A DNA stretch of 64,000 nucleotides from Monocercomonoides exilis PA203. Taxonomy: Eukaryota > Protista > Preaxostyla. The stretch covers positions 1,364,001 through 1,428,000 of the forward strand of contig LSRY02000006.1 of NCBI GenBank assembly GCA_001643675.2. The letters are read 5' to 3'. The stretch's first letter is position 1; each line of letters begins with the position of its first letter. The position numbers and the translations under genes were made by a program. The notes beneath the pieces are model-generated. The model was not told the origin of the DNA, did not search any database, and was given only the letters and a program-made list of their open reading frames with translations. Shown one piece after another: positions 45,155 through 59,003 of this stretch.

Positions 45155-48100
45155 TCAAAACTCCATGTCATTTAAATCTTCCTCTTCATCATCTTCAAGA
45201 AACGGCCATATAATTGGATTTCCCAATGTACCCGGCACATTTCTTCCACTCTTATCATCTTCTCTTTCTTCGTCATCATCATCTTCTTCTGATTCTTCTT
45301 CATCGCTGTCATCCTCTCCCAGACTATCACCATTCTTTCCTTCTTCGGGAAGATCTGAAGATTGGATCTTTGTTTGGTGGAGAGAAGACAAAATAGAAGA
45401 AGTGAGATCTTGCTGTTGTTCAGGTGCAGTCGAAGAAGGGCTCATTGACGACTGCGAGGATGAAAAAGACCGCTTGACAGAAAATTGACGGTGCACGTCA
45501 AAATAAGGAGGAATAAAGGAAGCTGCTTCAAGAGAAGTACCATGAATAAGTGGCGAAAGCGGCAAATCTCCATCAGGTTCCGATGTTGGCTGAGAACTTT
45601 CATCATCTTTTTTTTCTTGCGCTTGATCGGATTCTTTGTCTGAAATAACTTGTGGAGAGGAATCGTGTTCTAATTGTTTACTGTGAGTTGTAGATTCAAC
45701 TTCATCAGGAGGCGAAGGCAATGGAATCTGTTTAACGGAGTCAGGAAGATTAAGCTCAATGCCATGTTTAACAGAAAGTTCTAAGCCAGCAATGAGAATG
45801 TCAGGTTCTGGAACAACACTCTGGGGCTCTGTGCTTATTGGCAATTGCGGAACATGTTGCGATTTTGCTGTGAATGATAGGTTGTCTATTTTTTTTCGAA
45901 AGAAAATACATAAATTAAATAACAATAACAACAAAGTGAATAAAAATTTCTTATTCCAGCAAGACGGGAATATCAAGAATGATAGCACACTTCTCTTTTT
46001 GATCATTTGTTGGAATGTCAAACGGAGGTATTTAATGTATTTTTCAGGGAACCATCCAGATCCAAGCTAAGTGTAGTTTTTCGTAAATTGATAAAGGAAA
46101 TAAAGAGTTTTCACAATTTGTTAATAAAAGATATTAAATTCTTTCTCTTATTTGAATTTTTCTGAATTCAAACCGTGCAAGTATCAGCAAACGGAGAATA
46201 ATGAACGATGGCCAAAAGCGAAGGATCGTTGATGGTGCAAAGCTGTGCAAGATATGTCTGGCCACGTTCCCCAGCTTGGTAGCTTTCGCGCCTTCTTGTA
46301 CGCGGTAAGCGAATCCTTGAATCAAGAATTTGATAGCTGCACAGAAAAAAAAATACAATAAAAAAAAAGAGAAAGAAGGAAATATATTTTATGAATTTTT
46401 AAATTTTCAGATGATTAGAAAAATCCAAAGTTCGAAAATAATTTGCATGGCATAGTGATAAAAACAAAACGTCAAACAAGTTACAATCACATAAACAAAA
46501 AATTGAAAATTGAAAATTAAAAAAAAAAAATAAAAAATAAAAATATCACGAATATGAAAAGTACTACATACATTCTGTCTTCGGGATGCTTTCTTGGATC
46601 GTGTCCAATACGAATCCACTCTTTTGCCCAGGGGCCAGTTCTGAAATAATATGCGACGCATCGGGTAAGTCTAAAAATCCAGTCATATTTTACAGTCACA
46701 GTTAAATTTTAAAAAAATATTAATTAAATGTACGTTTTCCCAATCTCAAAAAAACCTAAATATTTACTAAATAATTAATAACATTTGTTCTCCAAATTTT
46801 CGCAAACACAAAACTAGCGCACTTAACTATCTGTCTGTTCCAAACCTTCTCCATCCTTGCATCGGCAATTCTTCAAGATGTGAAATTAGAATGTCGATTC
46901 CCTTGAGTTCTTGATTGGTGATCATTTCGTTTCTTGATCTCTTTTTCCTTTTCTGAGGTATGAGCTCAAATGTCCCTTCCTCATCGTCTTCAATCAATTT
47001 CTTCAAATTCTGAAGTCCATAATTCTTTTTCAAATCTTCGCTTTCTGAAATGCTTCCTTCTTTATTTTCGCTATCCGTCTTGTTCATCTGATTTTCCGAT
47101 TTTCTTTCTGATGCGCCTTTTGCCTCGCTATCTTCTTCGTCTCTGTTTTGTTCTAAATTTCTAATTGTAGATAAAACATGATGCCTCACATCGTCAATGG
47201 TCCAAACAGGCTTTTCATCAAACATCTCCTTTATCATCATCACAATGGGAATGTTTCTTCTCATAATTTTTCGTGTTGCTGCATCCATTTTAGCAATTAA
47301 TGCACTTGTTTTTGGAGACAGCGGCAAAGATTCCAGTGATGAAACAAATGAAGGAGATGAAAAAGATAAATCGTTGCCCTTTTTAAAAGGAGGTTGTGTT
47401 GAAGATGCATCAGCTTGCTGTGCATCTGAGAGAGAGAAAAATGTATCCATGGACCAGGAAATTAATGCCTTTGTAAGAATAGGATCGGTGTCTCTTATGT
47501 AAGGTAAGAGAGGAATTCCTTCCGTTTCAAACCAAACAACAATTTCTGGTCTTTGAATTCTCCCATATCCTATTGCCCCCTTTTCTGTAAAATACCCTTT
47601 TGTTTTTCTTTCTTGAAGAAGCCATGATTGCTGAACGCTTCTCGAATATGGATCTCCTGTTTTAGAAAGCATTTTTGGAAGAAGAAATGCAGTTTGAGAT
47701 ATATGCGACAAGTTATATTTTTGCGGATCATAATTTTTATAATGAGGCAAAAGTGGAAGGAACGAGCTACTCTTAATTATTGGCTCTTCGAATATTTGAA
47801 AATCACAAAGTGTTTCAAATAAAATTCTTTTGTGAATGCGTCCAAGGCAAGCTATTTCCGCATTAACATGTTCTTTTTTATTATCCCTTTTCTTTTTAAT
47901 AGTTATTTTCAATAGTAATCCAGTCGTTTTTGACACAGAGCCAAATGCAGGTCTTGAAGAAGAATCATCAGGACGAAAGGATAAAGGAAGTGGTCGCCCT
48001 TCAAATGCAGCTTTTATGGAATCAATTCCTCCAAGCATTTTTATGGCCGTTTGCTCGTTTCTTACATCTCCAGGAAACTCTATAACTAATTCAAAATATG

Positions 48101-48241
48101 ATAAAAATCATATAAAAATAATTGGCCATTAAAACAACAAATAAACAACAAAAAATATTTTAATAAAAATTCTATTAATCGCTAATTAAAAAGTTAACAT
48201 GTAAAATTTCGATGAGGAATCGTAATTGAAGGAACAATCAT
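45155..48241 (-). CDS. GTF3C5: General transcription factor IIIC subunit 5 (Tfc1/tau95) (multi-exon)
   Basis: Spliced N-terminus MIVPSITIPHRNFTFIEFPGDVRNEQTAIKMLGG; LSFRPDD; FETLCDFQ; AYYFRTGPW..EWIRIGHDPRKHP; acidic C-terminal tail. Confidence 0.88.
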
Positions 48242-48304
48242 TTGAAATTACAAAATACAGATCTTGATCAATAAACGATTAACTTTTATCGATTTATTGA
48301 TTAA
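48242..48304. promoter_or_regulatory. Putative 63-bp bidirectional promoter between GTF3C5 and RRP9
   Basis: Inferred head-to-head ATGs at 48241 (-) and 48305 (+). Confidence 0.55.
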
Positions 48305-50389
48305 ATGGAAACAGAACCGGAGAAAAATCTTAAGTCGTCAAAAAAGAAAAGTGTAAAAGAGGTATTCTTTATGGATAAACAGTTCATAATGTTTTATTTA
48401 TTCTTTATTTTGTATTTGCAATTGTTTTTTAATTTATCATGCTATCTTATTGATCAAACCTATAAAAATAGGATGAATCAACTACAAGAACAGATTTAAT
48501 GAAGAAAATCTTAGATATGTTACCAACAGGTTTGAATTACGCATGATGTTTCTGTTCTTATTCACGAAATTTCTTTTCATTATTTTGTAATTAGAAGATG
48601 AAAGAGATCATGCTCTTCTCGATCATGCGTTGGAAGAATCGAAGCCTCAACAAAAATTTGATATTATGGAAGATGTTGATGTTTGCATTGAGAATAATGA
48701 TTATTTTATCTTATTTTGAAATTATTATCGTTTACAATAAATATAAGCTTGATGAGAATCTTATAAAAGATTTGTCGCCAATTCGATCTAGCAGATTAAA
48801 ATATGTTCCAACTTGTGTTTCAGTTGACATTCATGGCACTTTTGCATTGGTTGGATTAAAGAGTTGTGGATTTGGAGTGTATGACATTGAGACTGGAAAA
48901 ATGATTATAACAAGGGGACGTGAAAAGCGCGCTTCTTCGTCTCCAGGACATTTTAAACCAGTAATTTCCTGTTGTATCGGATTCCCAGCTCCATCATCTT
49001 TTCCATTACTTATAACTGGTAGTTCTGACAGAACAATTAGAATATGGGATTCAAGGGATAAAAGAGAAATAGCTGTTTTAACTGGACATCGCGGAGCAGT
49101 AACTGGTGTTGTTTGCGCAGGCGGTGGTCGGGAAGTTTCTAAAGGAGATATTAGTGAGGAAGGAGAAGAAGATGTTGGCTTGAAATCCGTGTTAGTGTCA
49201 TGCTCTGAGGATCGAACACTTAAAACATGGAATTTAGAAATGCTTACATACATCGACACATCGTGTGCATCTTTCAATTATTTAAATAATTATAATAAAA
49301 TAAATTTCTTTTTTTCAACTTTATGTTTTTCATAATCAGATACGGTCACACTTCACAAGTAACTGCAATTGACTCATTGACGCTTTCTCGTTGTGTCACA
49401 TGCAGTGATGATTTGACAGTTCGTAATTGGAAGATATGGGATGCTTCTCAAACAGTTCACAGCGCGACAAGAGAAGGCAAAGGCAAATATGCAGAAACAA
49501 TTGGGAGCTTTGATGCACTGAAAATGTTTGATCCGACTCGCTTTGTAACGGGTGGTGAAGATGGCGCAGTGATGCTTTGGAGTTCAACAAAAAGAAGTCC
49601 TCGGCTGATTATTCCAAATGCACACGGAACCGCTTATTCACCTCATTCATCTCTTATGAGTCAGCCATCTTCAACTTTATCTTCATCTTCTTCATCATCA
49701 CAAAATATTCAAAATAATTCTTCTTTCATTTCCAATGCTTTTCAACCCACATTACATTCTTTGCATGTCACACCTCACTCTTCTTATGTTTCAAGTGTCT
49801 CAGCAGCAATGCAATCTGCCACTGCTGCTGGGTGTAACTGGATCAGTTCTGTCGCTACTATACCATACTCAAATACGTTTGCCACAGGAAGCTGTAATGG
49901 TGCAGTGAAATTGTGGAAGATCACACGAAAGACAATGGATGAAGCTGCAAATGTGGCAAATATTGCAGAAACAGGATTTGTGAATGGAATGGCTTTTGTC
50001 GGATCATGCGTTTCACCATTACCACCAAAGACGCATGGAGGGAAGCAGCACAAGTGGGATGAAAATGAAGAAGAGGAAATCAGTAAGGAAGAAGAAGATA
50101 AAAGGATGCAGAAGTTGCAGAGAATGGAAAAAGCATATCAATCAAGATGGAATGTTAGCGATCTAAAACTTATTACTGTTGTTGGACAAGAACATAGACT
50201 TGGAAGATGGTATGCTTTTAACCAAGCTATTATCGAAATTTGATTTTTATGCAAATATTTCACATTTATAAATTTTTATTTAGGATGCGCATAAAGGAGG
50301 CAAAGAATTCACTTCACGTTTTTTCTTTGTCTTCAATTAAATCGGATGAAAAAAAAAGCAATGATGAAGATGAAAGCGAAGATTTGTAG
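48305..50389 (+). CDS. RRP9: Rrp9/U3-55K WD40 U3 snoRNP protein (multi-exon)
   Basis: GHRGAVTG; SCSEDRTLKTWNLEMLTYIDTS|YGH; NWISSVA..PYSNTFATGSCNG; GFVNGM; signature VVGQEHRLGRW|MRIKEAKN. Confidence 0.92.
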
Positions 50390-50639
50390 ATTTTGAAAAA
50401 GAGAATTTAATGAACAACGAAATTATTTTCTCAGTAATCTTTTCATTTCATATTTTTAGACTAATTGGTATCATTGGTGTCGAGAAGTCTTTAATTAGGG
50501 ATTTTAATCCCAATAATTTTTTTCCACCATTACAAAAATATTGCAAATATTTTATGTGAAATATTCAAAGTGTTTATATTTTTTAATAAACAATAAAACA
50601 AACATAAAATGGTGAAATGTTTTGATTCGAAGCCGGTTG

Positions 50640-51458
50640 ATCACAACTTTAAGAAACATTCAGAGACTCGTTTTTTTTCGGATTTTTTGTGATAGAATGA
50701 TTTAATATAATATAATAAAACATGCTAGGGGTGAATTTTCCATTTTCAGAATACTTTTTTTTCAATGATAAAAATTAAAATTTCGAAAACATAATGGTTA
50801 TGATCAAACAAATTTCAAAAATTTTTGTTTTTAATTGAACGATTTTTAGAATTTTCAGAGTTTAGTTCAAATTGATTTGTTTTTAAATATCTTTCTGTTT
50901 AAAAAAAGAGAATTAAAGATATTTGAGTTCTTATTTGTGTTTTAATTTTTATGAAAGAATAATAATATGTGAAATGAACTTGAAGGGTTTCGTTCTGCTT
51001 TGGGGTTTTCTTTCGAATCGAAATATTCAATTTAGGGTTTGCGTATAAATTTTGTTCTTTTATTATTATTAGGGTTAGTATATGAATCAAAAAATCACTT
51101 TTTCACACATCAAAGACGTGTGTTTCAATGATTGCGAAAAATGAAAAGAAAAAATATTTTGTATTTGTATGAATTGCTAACTTTTCCTATTTCTTCTCTA
51201 TAAAATAGAACAAGAAATGAAAGAATATCATCAAATTATATCCAAAATTCTTTTTATAAATCGATTTCATTTTTAATTTTTAGAAATTAATTTGATCATA
51301 ACCATTATATTTTCTAAATTTTTACTTTTTTCTTAGAAAAAAAAACCAGCAAGAATGAAAAATTCACCCCATTCATGTTTTATAATATTTTATTAAATCA
51401 TTCTATCACAAAAAATCCGAAAAAAAACGTGTTTCTGAATGTTCCTTAAAGTTGTGAT
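50640..51458. mobile_element. Foldback/MITE-like non-coding element with ~180-bp terminal inverted repeats
   Basis: 50640-50823 (ATCACAACTTTAAG...GGTTATGATCAAA) is the reverse complement of 51275-51458, with about 8 mismatches in the outer ~98 nt by manual alignment. The spacer is AT-rich and non-coding. Confidence 0.75.
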
Positions 51459-51896
51459 TTACCAATAATCACCCAAATGGTGGATAATTTTTGCAATCAT
51501 TCATCCTTTCGGCGTGTTGATTATTTCGAAAATTTATTGTCAAAGAGAATCAACTAATTTTTGAAATGAAAAAATCATTTCAATTGTATCAATAGTCAAT
51601 ATTTGAAGAAAATGAACTACAAAGATTGTCTTTGTTGGATTTGTTCCTTTTCTGTGTTCATTTATCGGCATAATGAAACTTGACGGATATCAATGAAACC
51701 TAATAATATTCATTAATTATCGTTATTCTGTTCTTTGAGTTTTTTTTTATTGAGGATAATTAATGTGTATGAAATAAATGGATAAATTGACAATGAAGTT
51801 ACTTAAAAGTAAAAAAAATAGCCGAAACTTGGAGAGTTAAAAACACACTCAATTTTTTATCCTCAAATTTTATCTCTTTTTTGTAATATATGCATG

Positions 51897-51925
51897 CATA
51901 TGGGTCATTCTTTTTGAAAAGTCGC
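51897..51925 (+). repeat. Left copy of a perfect 29-bp inverted repeat (partner at 58975-59003)
   Basis: CATATGGGTCATTCTTTTTGAAAAGTCGC is the exact reverse complement of GCGACTTTTCAAAAAGAATGACCCATATG. Confidence 0.95.
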
Positions 51926-52526
51926 AAACGTTTAACTGATCTGAAAATCAGATCAAAAATGATCAAAAAATAGTGATCATTCCGTTCCCATCATTAATTG
52001 ACAAATATTTTAGATTGTCAGTTTTTTCATCTTATCATAGAAAAACATTTCATAAATCTGATGATAACATATCGAACGTTGATTATAAAATAGAATTTTC
52101 TTTTGTTTGCTATTGCTTACGAGCTATTTGAATCAAATGTTAGATAAGTTTTAATTTCTTCAATTTCATTTCATCTGTTCGAATATTCATGAAGCATTTA
52201 TAAATATTAACTGAGTTTTTCTATTTCTTTTATTGGGTAATTAATATAATTGATTAGCTTTTATTCTTGAATTTTTTTGAAAAGAATATATCTAACATGA
52301 AATATTCATCAAAACTTCACTCGTAACAATCGAAAGTTATTCAAAAAGTTGTTAACATAGACAATTATTAATGTTATTATAAAGAATTGAAGTTTGATAT
52401 ATGATTTTTTCAATAAATCTCCGTTTTTGATAAACTCAAAAATTCAGTCTCTTCTAATATTTTAATTCAAACAATCTGTTTCAACAAGTTTCAAACTTCT
52501 CAGAATGTGCCTTTTCCTTATCCCTT

Positions 52527-55500
52527 TCATTTAATATTGACAAATAATGGAAAAATATCCTTCTTCAAACATTTTAAATTCCACAAAAAAATCGTGTTTT
52601 CTTTGCTAGTAAACAATTCTGACAAGAATGAAGATATTGCATGTGCTTCTGGTGTAACTTCTGGCTGACGTGATGGGAAATTTCTCATCAACCTTCTTGT
52701 GTCCGGGGCAGCACAGCAGTCATATCTTCTCTCATTACTTTTTGTTTTCTTTGTCTTCTTCTCCATTCAGTGGGCGGAGAAGCGAAGAGAAAAAATCTTC
52801 AGAGAATGAGTAGCCATCATTATCGGAGCTTGCGATTGATCCTTCGGATGCCTTGGCGGTGATGGCTTCATACACTTCTGCAGCAGTGATGGACGACTTC
52901 GAGAGGCGGCTGCGGATTGTTATGCCTGAGATAGCTGGGGTGATGCGCGGCACATGCCGCTGTAGCGGCATGCGCTGCGAACGCTGCTGGGATATGTAGT
53001 GGAGTGGCGGGCGGTGCTGTATGGGGTTATACTGTGTGCCTACGATATGATGCTTTTGGCTATGCTTTCTGTTCAGCTGGTGGAACCGCTTCCGTCTCTT
53101 GCAGCGTCAGTGTTCACGAAATCATTAAGCAAGCGGATCTTTGGAATGGATGTGTGAATGCGTTCCGGTCGATCTACGATCTGTTTGACACATCGCTGAA
53201 GATATGGTGATCACTGCAGTCGAGGCGTGTTGTGGTGAAGTGATGGAGAGAGAGGATGGAGTGTGAGAAGAAGGGGAGATTGTGGAGAAGGGGCTGGATG
53301 CTGCGGAGCTGAGGATGGAGGATGTGGTTCTGTCGCCAGCAGCGATAGCGCTGGCAGCTATGGAGGAGCGGGAAGAGGCAGAGGAAGGAGAAAAGGGATG
53401 CAAAGAGGGAGAAGAAAAGGGAGAAGAAAAGGGAGAAGATGGAAGGAGAGAGGGAGATGATGGGAATGAGGAGAAAGGCGGGTATCCGACAGCGCACAGA
53501 GAGTTTGTGGAGAAAATCAAAGAGAACCAGGGGAAGCTGGAAGAAGCGATTGCGCCGCTGGTTGTAGAGGCGCTTTGGCTGAGTGGGCTGAGGTTTGTGA
53601 AGGCTGATGCTGAGGTGGGTGCAGACAAGCAGCATTCAGTTGAACCAGAAGTGTGCAGTTCTTCTCCGTCCAATGGCATTTAAAAAGGGAATAGGAGAGT
53701 TGAAGAAGAAGCAGCAGATGGGTCTTTGGGCATTACTTCAGATGGAGTGAAGAAAGATGAGGTACAGGTGGAAATGTTGAAAAATGGTTTGGAGATGAAT
53801 GAGAAACAAGACATATCCGATGAGGAAGCTGGGGAAGAAAGTTGTTTGTTTTGTTGAAAAAAAAGAAGAGGACGACGAAAGGAAGAAGAAGAAGAAAAGA
53901 AAAGGGGAGGAGAGGTCGAGCGAAGGCAGAAGAGCTGAAAACTCGTTGCTGTTTAATCTGGTGGCGGGCTGATGATCTGTGTTCCGATGCGAAAGGGGAG
54001 CGCGTGGATAATGAAGCGGTGCATTGCAGATGGGCAGTCGGTGACGATGCTGGACGAGCTGAAGATGCTGCAGCCAAGAAGTCGTGCAGCGTCGAGAATC
54101 AACGAACGGAAACACAGTAGAAGCACAACACCGAAGAAGCAGTCGTTTCTGGAGCTGTGCGAGATTCTGGTTCTATATGCAACAGTGGGGTGGCATGGAT
54201 GAAGCACACGATTGAAGAAGACTTGGCAGACGAGTTTTGTGCGCTTGTCGAACGTTTCATGTACAAAGCAGAGGAGCACGAGCCTGCTTGTGGTATTTTC
54301 ATAACCAAGATGAGCTGATCCGCCATGCGAATGCGCACATTGAGATGAAGCCGCGGCTGCTGTGCTGTGGAGTGACAGCATCGTTAGATATTGCACATGG
54401 ATGATTCAGTGAAGGTGAAGTTCACAACGGAGAAGGGAATTGAAGCTTCACGGCAGAGCAGAGAAGGAGCAGAAGCAGGTGATGTGAAGAAGATTCTAAC
54501 CAATTGTGCAGTGACGACGTGAGTACATGCGTTTGGGAGTGTGTTTGACGGGGAACCAGATCCGGAGACGCAGCTGATATGACAAGGTGAGTGAATGGAG
54601 GCAGAGGTGCAGAAGGATCGGTGCAGAATTCATTCAACACGTCAGACAAGAGGCTCGGTTCAGAAGAGGAGTTTATTTAGATAAGACAGTCGAATGCTAT
54701 GCAGATGATTGGTGAATACGGCTGTGATGCTTCGAACACCATTTCTAACCGACCACACTTTCTCAGCGGTTGTTCCTATGGATGCTCCCATGGCATTGAA
54801 GATGGCAGCAGAAGATCTTCATCACAATTTTGTTTCTTCTTCTTCTTCTTCTTCGTCAATTTCTATTTTTTGAGTGTCTGTTCCTTCAACACATCCTCCT
54901 CATCATCTCAAATATCTCATCTGTCACATTCCTCTTCTCCTCTCTCTTCATCAGCCTCAGCACATGCATCTCTGGAAGCACCTGCTTTGAACAATATATC
55001 AAATGCGCGTGTTCTGAGGAGTTGCCCGTCGATGTGCTTGTTTCATTGGCTTTGCGGTTTTTGCGCAGCTCCATCGACCTCCTCATCTCCTGATGCGACG
55101 AATGGGAAGAGTGTGACGAAGGCATTGGTGGATGTACATCTTCAAGAAAAGTGGGGGATTTGAACAGACGAGGAGGCGAATGGAAGAAGCGCTTCTGCGG
55201 CGAGGTGTGTAAAGATGGAAAATATATACCTAGGAGAAGCGGCGCATCAATTGCGGAAGAGAAAAGAGGCGCAGAAAGAGCAGATGAAAGAGAAGAGGAG
55301 GAAGTGGTGAAGATGATAGCAGACGAAGTGACTGGAGCTGGAAAGTTTGATGAGGTAGTTGGGGCTGCAACAGCAGCAGATTGTTGGAGGCTTTCTGGAT
55401 GACCCAAATGAGACGGACGAGATGAAGAGCTTGCTTGTGCGACTGACTGCTGTGATGTGGCTGAGGAAGTGCGAGTGTGGAGAGAGTTCGTGTTCAAAGA

Positions 55501-57600
55501 GGAAGACAATGATTGAGATTGAGAATGTGACTGAGACTGAGACTAATTTGAAAGCAAAGGTTGTCGGGTGAGTGCAGGGCCAGGCGAGGTGGATGAAGAC
55601 ATCTGCTGGATGGGCTGAGAGAAGGAAAGAAAAGGAGAGAAAGAGAGGAAACGAGAGATGTTGGAGAAGTCAGAGAGGCCAAGGAAGAAGAAGCAGAGGA
55701 AGATAAAGGTTGAAGGGAAGAAGACGATGACGACGTAGAAGAAGATGATGATGCAATGGACGCAGTTGAAGATCCCCCAAGCACAATCGTCGGAGCCAAC
55801 AGTGATGCAGACACAGAATACGATGTGTCATCAAAGAAAGAGTGAAGCGTGGCTAACGCAAAAGTGGTAGAAAATGGAGTGTTTGAGTTGCTTATTTCAA
55901 AGCGGTGAGCTGTTGATGAGTGTGTGCGTGCTATTGACGTGGTTGTTTGAGTGATGGAGGGTACAAGGAAGATGGGGGAAGTGGCTGAGACAGAGGCATA
56001 GGCGGAAACTGTCAATGAAGATGAAGCAGATATTGAAGAAGTAGTAGAGGAAGAGGAAGAAGAAGGGGAGGAGGAGGAGGAGGAAGACGCTAAATTTCCA
56101 AGTGGCATTTGAGTAGATTGAGTTCCAAGTGTCAGATTTATCGATCCTTTCGTCTTGTTTGTCGATATCACACTGAGCGCAGAGTTCACGGACTGCAACT
56201 GGATATTTTCTCCTCCTTTTCCGGTCGGAATGATTGAAGATTCATTCACTGATTGTATTGTTATGCGAGTGGGAGTGGGGGACACAGGAATTAGTGTCTT
56301 GTTGGGCTGCCTGGGTGACTGCAGCTGAGTATTCGAAGCAGAAGAGGTCTGAGAGGAAGAAGTGGAATTATTCGAACCATTATTTACAGAGTTTGCATTC
56401 TGAGCTGTTTGGAGTATTTTTCCCGTCTGCACAACCAGCCTCACGTCATCGAATGTCTGCTGTGTTTGTGTCTGAACAGGCCTCTTCTTTGATGTGCTGA
56501 ATGAAGCGGAGGCAGAAGAAAAGCGGTTGACAGATGCAGACGACGAAAGCTCACTCGAATTCCAGCGGGTCGGAACAGAAGACGGCTGCAAAGGAACTCG
56601 GGGCAGAGAAGAAGGGTTGATTGGGGATATGTATTGCATCAGCTTCAATGGAGAACAAGAAAGAGTTTGAGTCTTGTTAAGCACTTCAGCATGGGAAGAG
56701 GCAGAGTGGGAGGAGAAGTTGGATGTTGAAGAGGAAGAGGAAAAAGACGATGATGAATTTGGATAAGGAGGAGGAAGAGGAGAAGAAGAAGAAGAAAAAG
56801 AAAAAGAAGAAGAATAAAATGAATGAGAACGAGAACGAGAAGAAGAAGAAACAGAAGAAAATGAAGAAGAAGATGATGATGATGAAGAAACAGAAGAAGA
56901 AGAAGAAGAAGAAGAGGAAGAGGAAGGAATAGGAAAGAGAGGAAACAAGGGCGGAGTTGAATGGCTTGGGGAAACGAATGGAGATAAAGCATTAGGTTGT
57001 GCAGGAGTTTTTGTATGTTGTGAGCGAAGAGTGGGAGGTGAATAAGGAAGGGCGGAAGGCGATGAAGTATGTGGAGTAAGAGAAGATGCATGAGGTGTGG
57101 ACGTATGCATGTGATGTGGTGATGATGAGAACGACAGCTTCGCAGAGGTCCGCAGAGGTGCTGATGCAAGCGCCAGAATCGATCACGCTGCAAAGTGGCA
57201 GTGCGAAAAGTGCATAAAGTATTGCACTGAGGCATGATGGCACTCTTCCGTTGTTTTGGGCGTAATACTTCTTGCTGAGAAAAGTGTTTGCTCTACATCC
57301 AGTGCATTTGATGATTCTATAGTCGAATGTGTGTTGCGGCTGAGAGTGAGGGCTCATGGTGGGGTGAAAGCAGAAGGGAGGGTGCTGGAGGCAGAGTGTG
57401 GAGACAGGAAGAATATGTCGCAGGATGCGGAGAAAAAAGTGCTTCTTGAGTTTCTGGAGAAGAAGAATCTGCAAAGAGTAGAAGTGGATTTGTTGATGAT
57501 TATATGGTAGTTAAAGGAGAAAAGTGTATCTGAACTTGTGGTTTTGATACTGTAGGCTGTATGTGGGACCTTGCTGTGGTGCAAATGCATGAGATAACAA
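52527..57600. pseudogene. Mosaic of frameshifted/stop-interrupted, GC-richer coding-like fragments on both strands (Ser-rich 55494-57110 minus; E/G-rich 53282-53683 plus)
   Basis: Codon-like composition but many short overlapping ORFs, no coherent splice structure and no recognisable domain. Confidence 0.5.
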
Positions 57601-57641
57601 TGGTGAAAGGGATGCAAGTGTATTGAAGTTTCGCTATCAGA

Positions 57642-58490
57642 TCAATGTGCATACTTTTGTGTTTGGAATAGAAGAAGAAGAGTTGTAGGATGAGGAGGAA
57701 GAAGAGATGATGATGAAGAGACATTGAAAATGGAGTAAAGAGGAAGGGAAGATGAAAGAGTGAAGATAAGTTTTGATAATTCTGTTTCAGTTCCTGCTGT
57801 TATCATCGCTGAGTTTAGTGTTAAACTTGCATCGGAGGCTGTCAAACCACTTTGGTCATCATTTCCTCTGATTTCATGCTTTTGATCAGAGAAGGCCAAT
57901 TCATCGCTCATTAAAATCATTCCATTCGCAACAACTTTCTTTGAACCTGATAGACGTTTTAGAGAATGCTTCAAAGTTAAACAAGGGAATTGGACAATTC
58001 CGCAATGAGAATGGTCAGATGCCTCGGTGTTGCTCACATGAATTTCTTCTGGAGTGGGGAGGAGATAGATGCACAGAGGAATGGCCACACTGTTGTTTCC
58101 ATTGTCATATCCTCGAACCTTGTCAAAAGAATCCAAAGAGGCTGTCACACATGTGATTTTTTGTGACTTTGCAGTCACTTCAAGATTGGAAGAAATGACA
58201 AAGATGTCTCTTCCCCATCTGGCTGTGTTTGTTCCGAATGAAGAAGAAATCAGGAAATTGGGATTTTCATTCAGCAATCCAAGAAAGATTCCTCCCCCAA
58301 GACCATCGGATGCAGAACAAAAGCTCCCATCAAAAGATCCACCTTTCACTTTCACTTCATTTTCATTCCCAATACACAGCATCATCGATCCTCCATTCTC
58401 TGAACTTACACTTCAACATCCTGATATTGCTCCCGAATTCTGATCTTTATTTGTGTTGTTATTGAAAAGACAATTGTTGGCTATCAACTG
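57642..58490 (-). pseudogene. Internal fragment of the beta-helix surface-protein family
   Basis: GLGGGIFL...NTARWGRDIFV...AIPLCIYL...EIHVSNTEASDHSHCGIVQFPCLTL matches the module junction of 416-8587. In-frame TGA at 58413-58415. No signal peptide or TM. Confidence 0.75.
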
Positions 58491-58974
58491 TTGACTATTC
58501 AATTCAAAAAACATGATTGAATAATAAATTAATAAAAAAATATATTTGTTAAAATAAAATGAAAACCACTAAATTTATCATAATTTCAGATGCATCGAAT
58601 ATGTGTGTTCAGTTTTTGCATTTATGTAGTTCATGTACACAATGTTAATGGACAATTCTATTCAAATGAAAATACGAATTAACATTGAAAATCAAGTTTA
58701 TCAAAAAAAATTTATCGATACATACCATGCACATTTCATTTATAAACAATTGCAAAGTAGTTCAATCAAGTGAAACACTTTTTCATGGAAAAACTGATAT
58801 TTAAATTTTGATCAAAAAAGTTGATACATAATTTTTTTGAAAAAAATATATCTTTTCATAAAGAAGTTTGTTATCAATAAACAAACATTTTTGTGTAATA
58901 AACACTTTTTCATGAGAATTATGGTAACGGAATGAAAAATAATTAACTTCCATGGGTCAGATTTTTGATCTACA

Positions 58975-59003
58975 GCGACTTTTCAAAAAGAATGACCCAT
59001 ATG
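58975..59003 (-). repeat. Right copy of a perfect 29-bp inverted repeat (partner at 51897-51925)
   Basis: Exact reverse complement of 51897-51925. Confidence 0.95.

Noticed and set aside
58413-58415. In-frame TGA codons in several fragments (also ~63172 and 63740-63765) hinting at UGA recoding or selenocysteine
   Set aside because: TGA is the true stop of Clp1, thiolase and both receptor genes, and these fragments are otherwise decayed.
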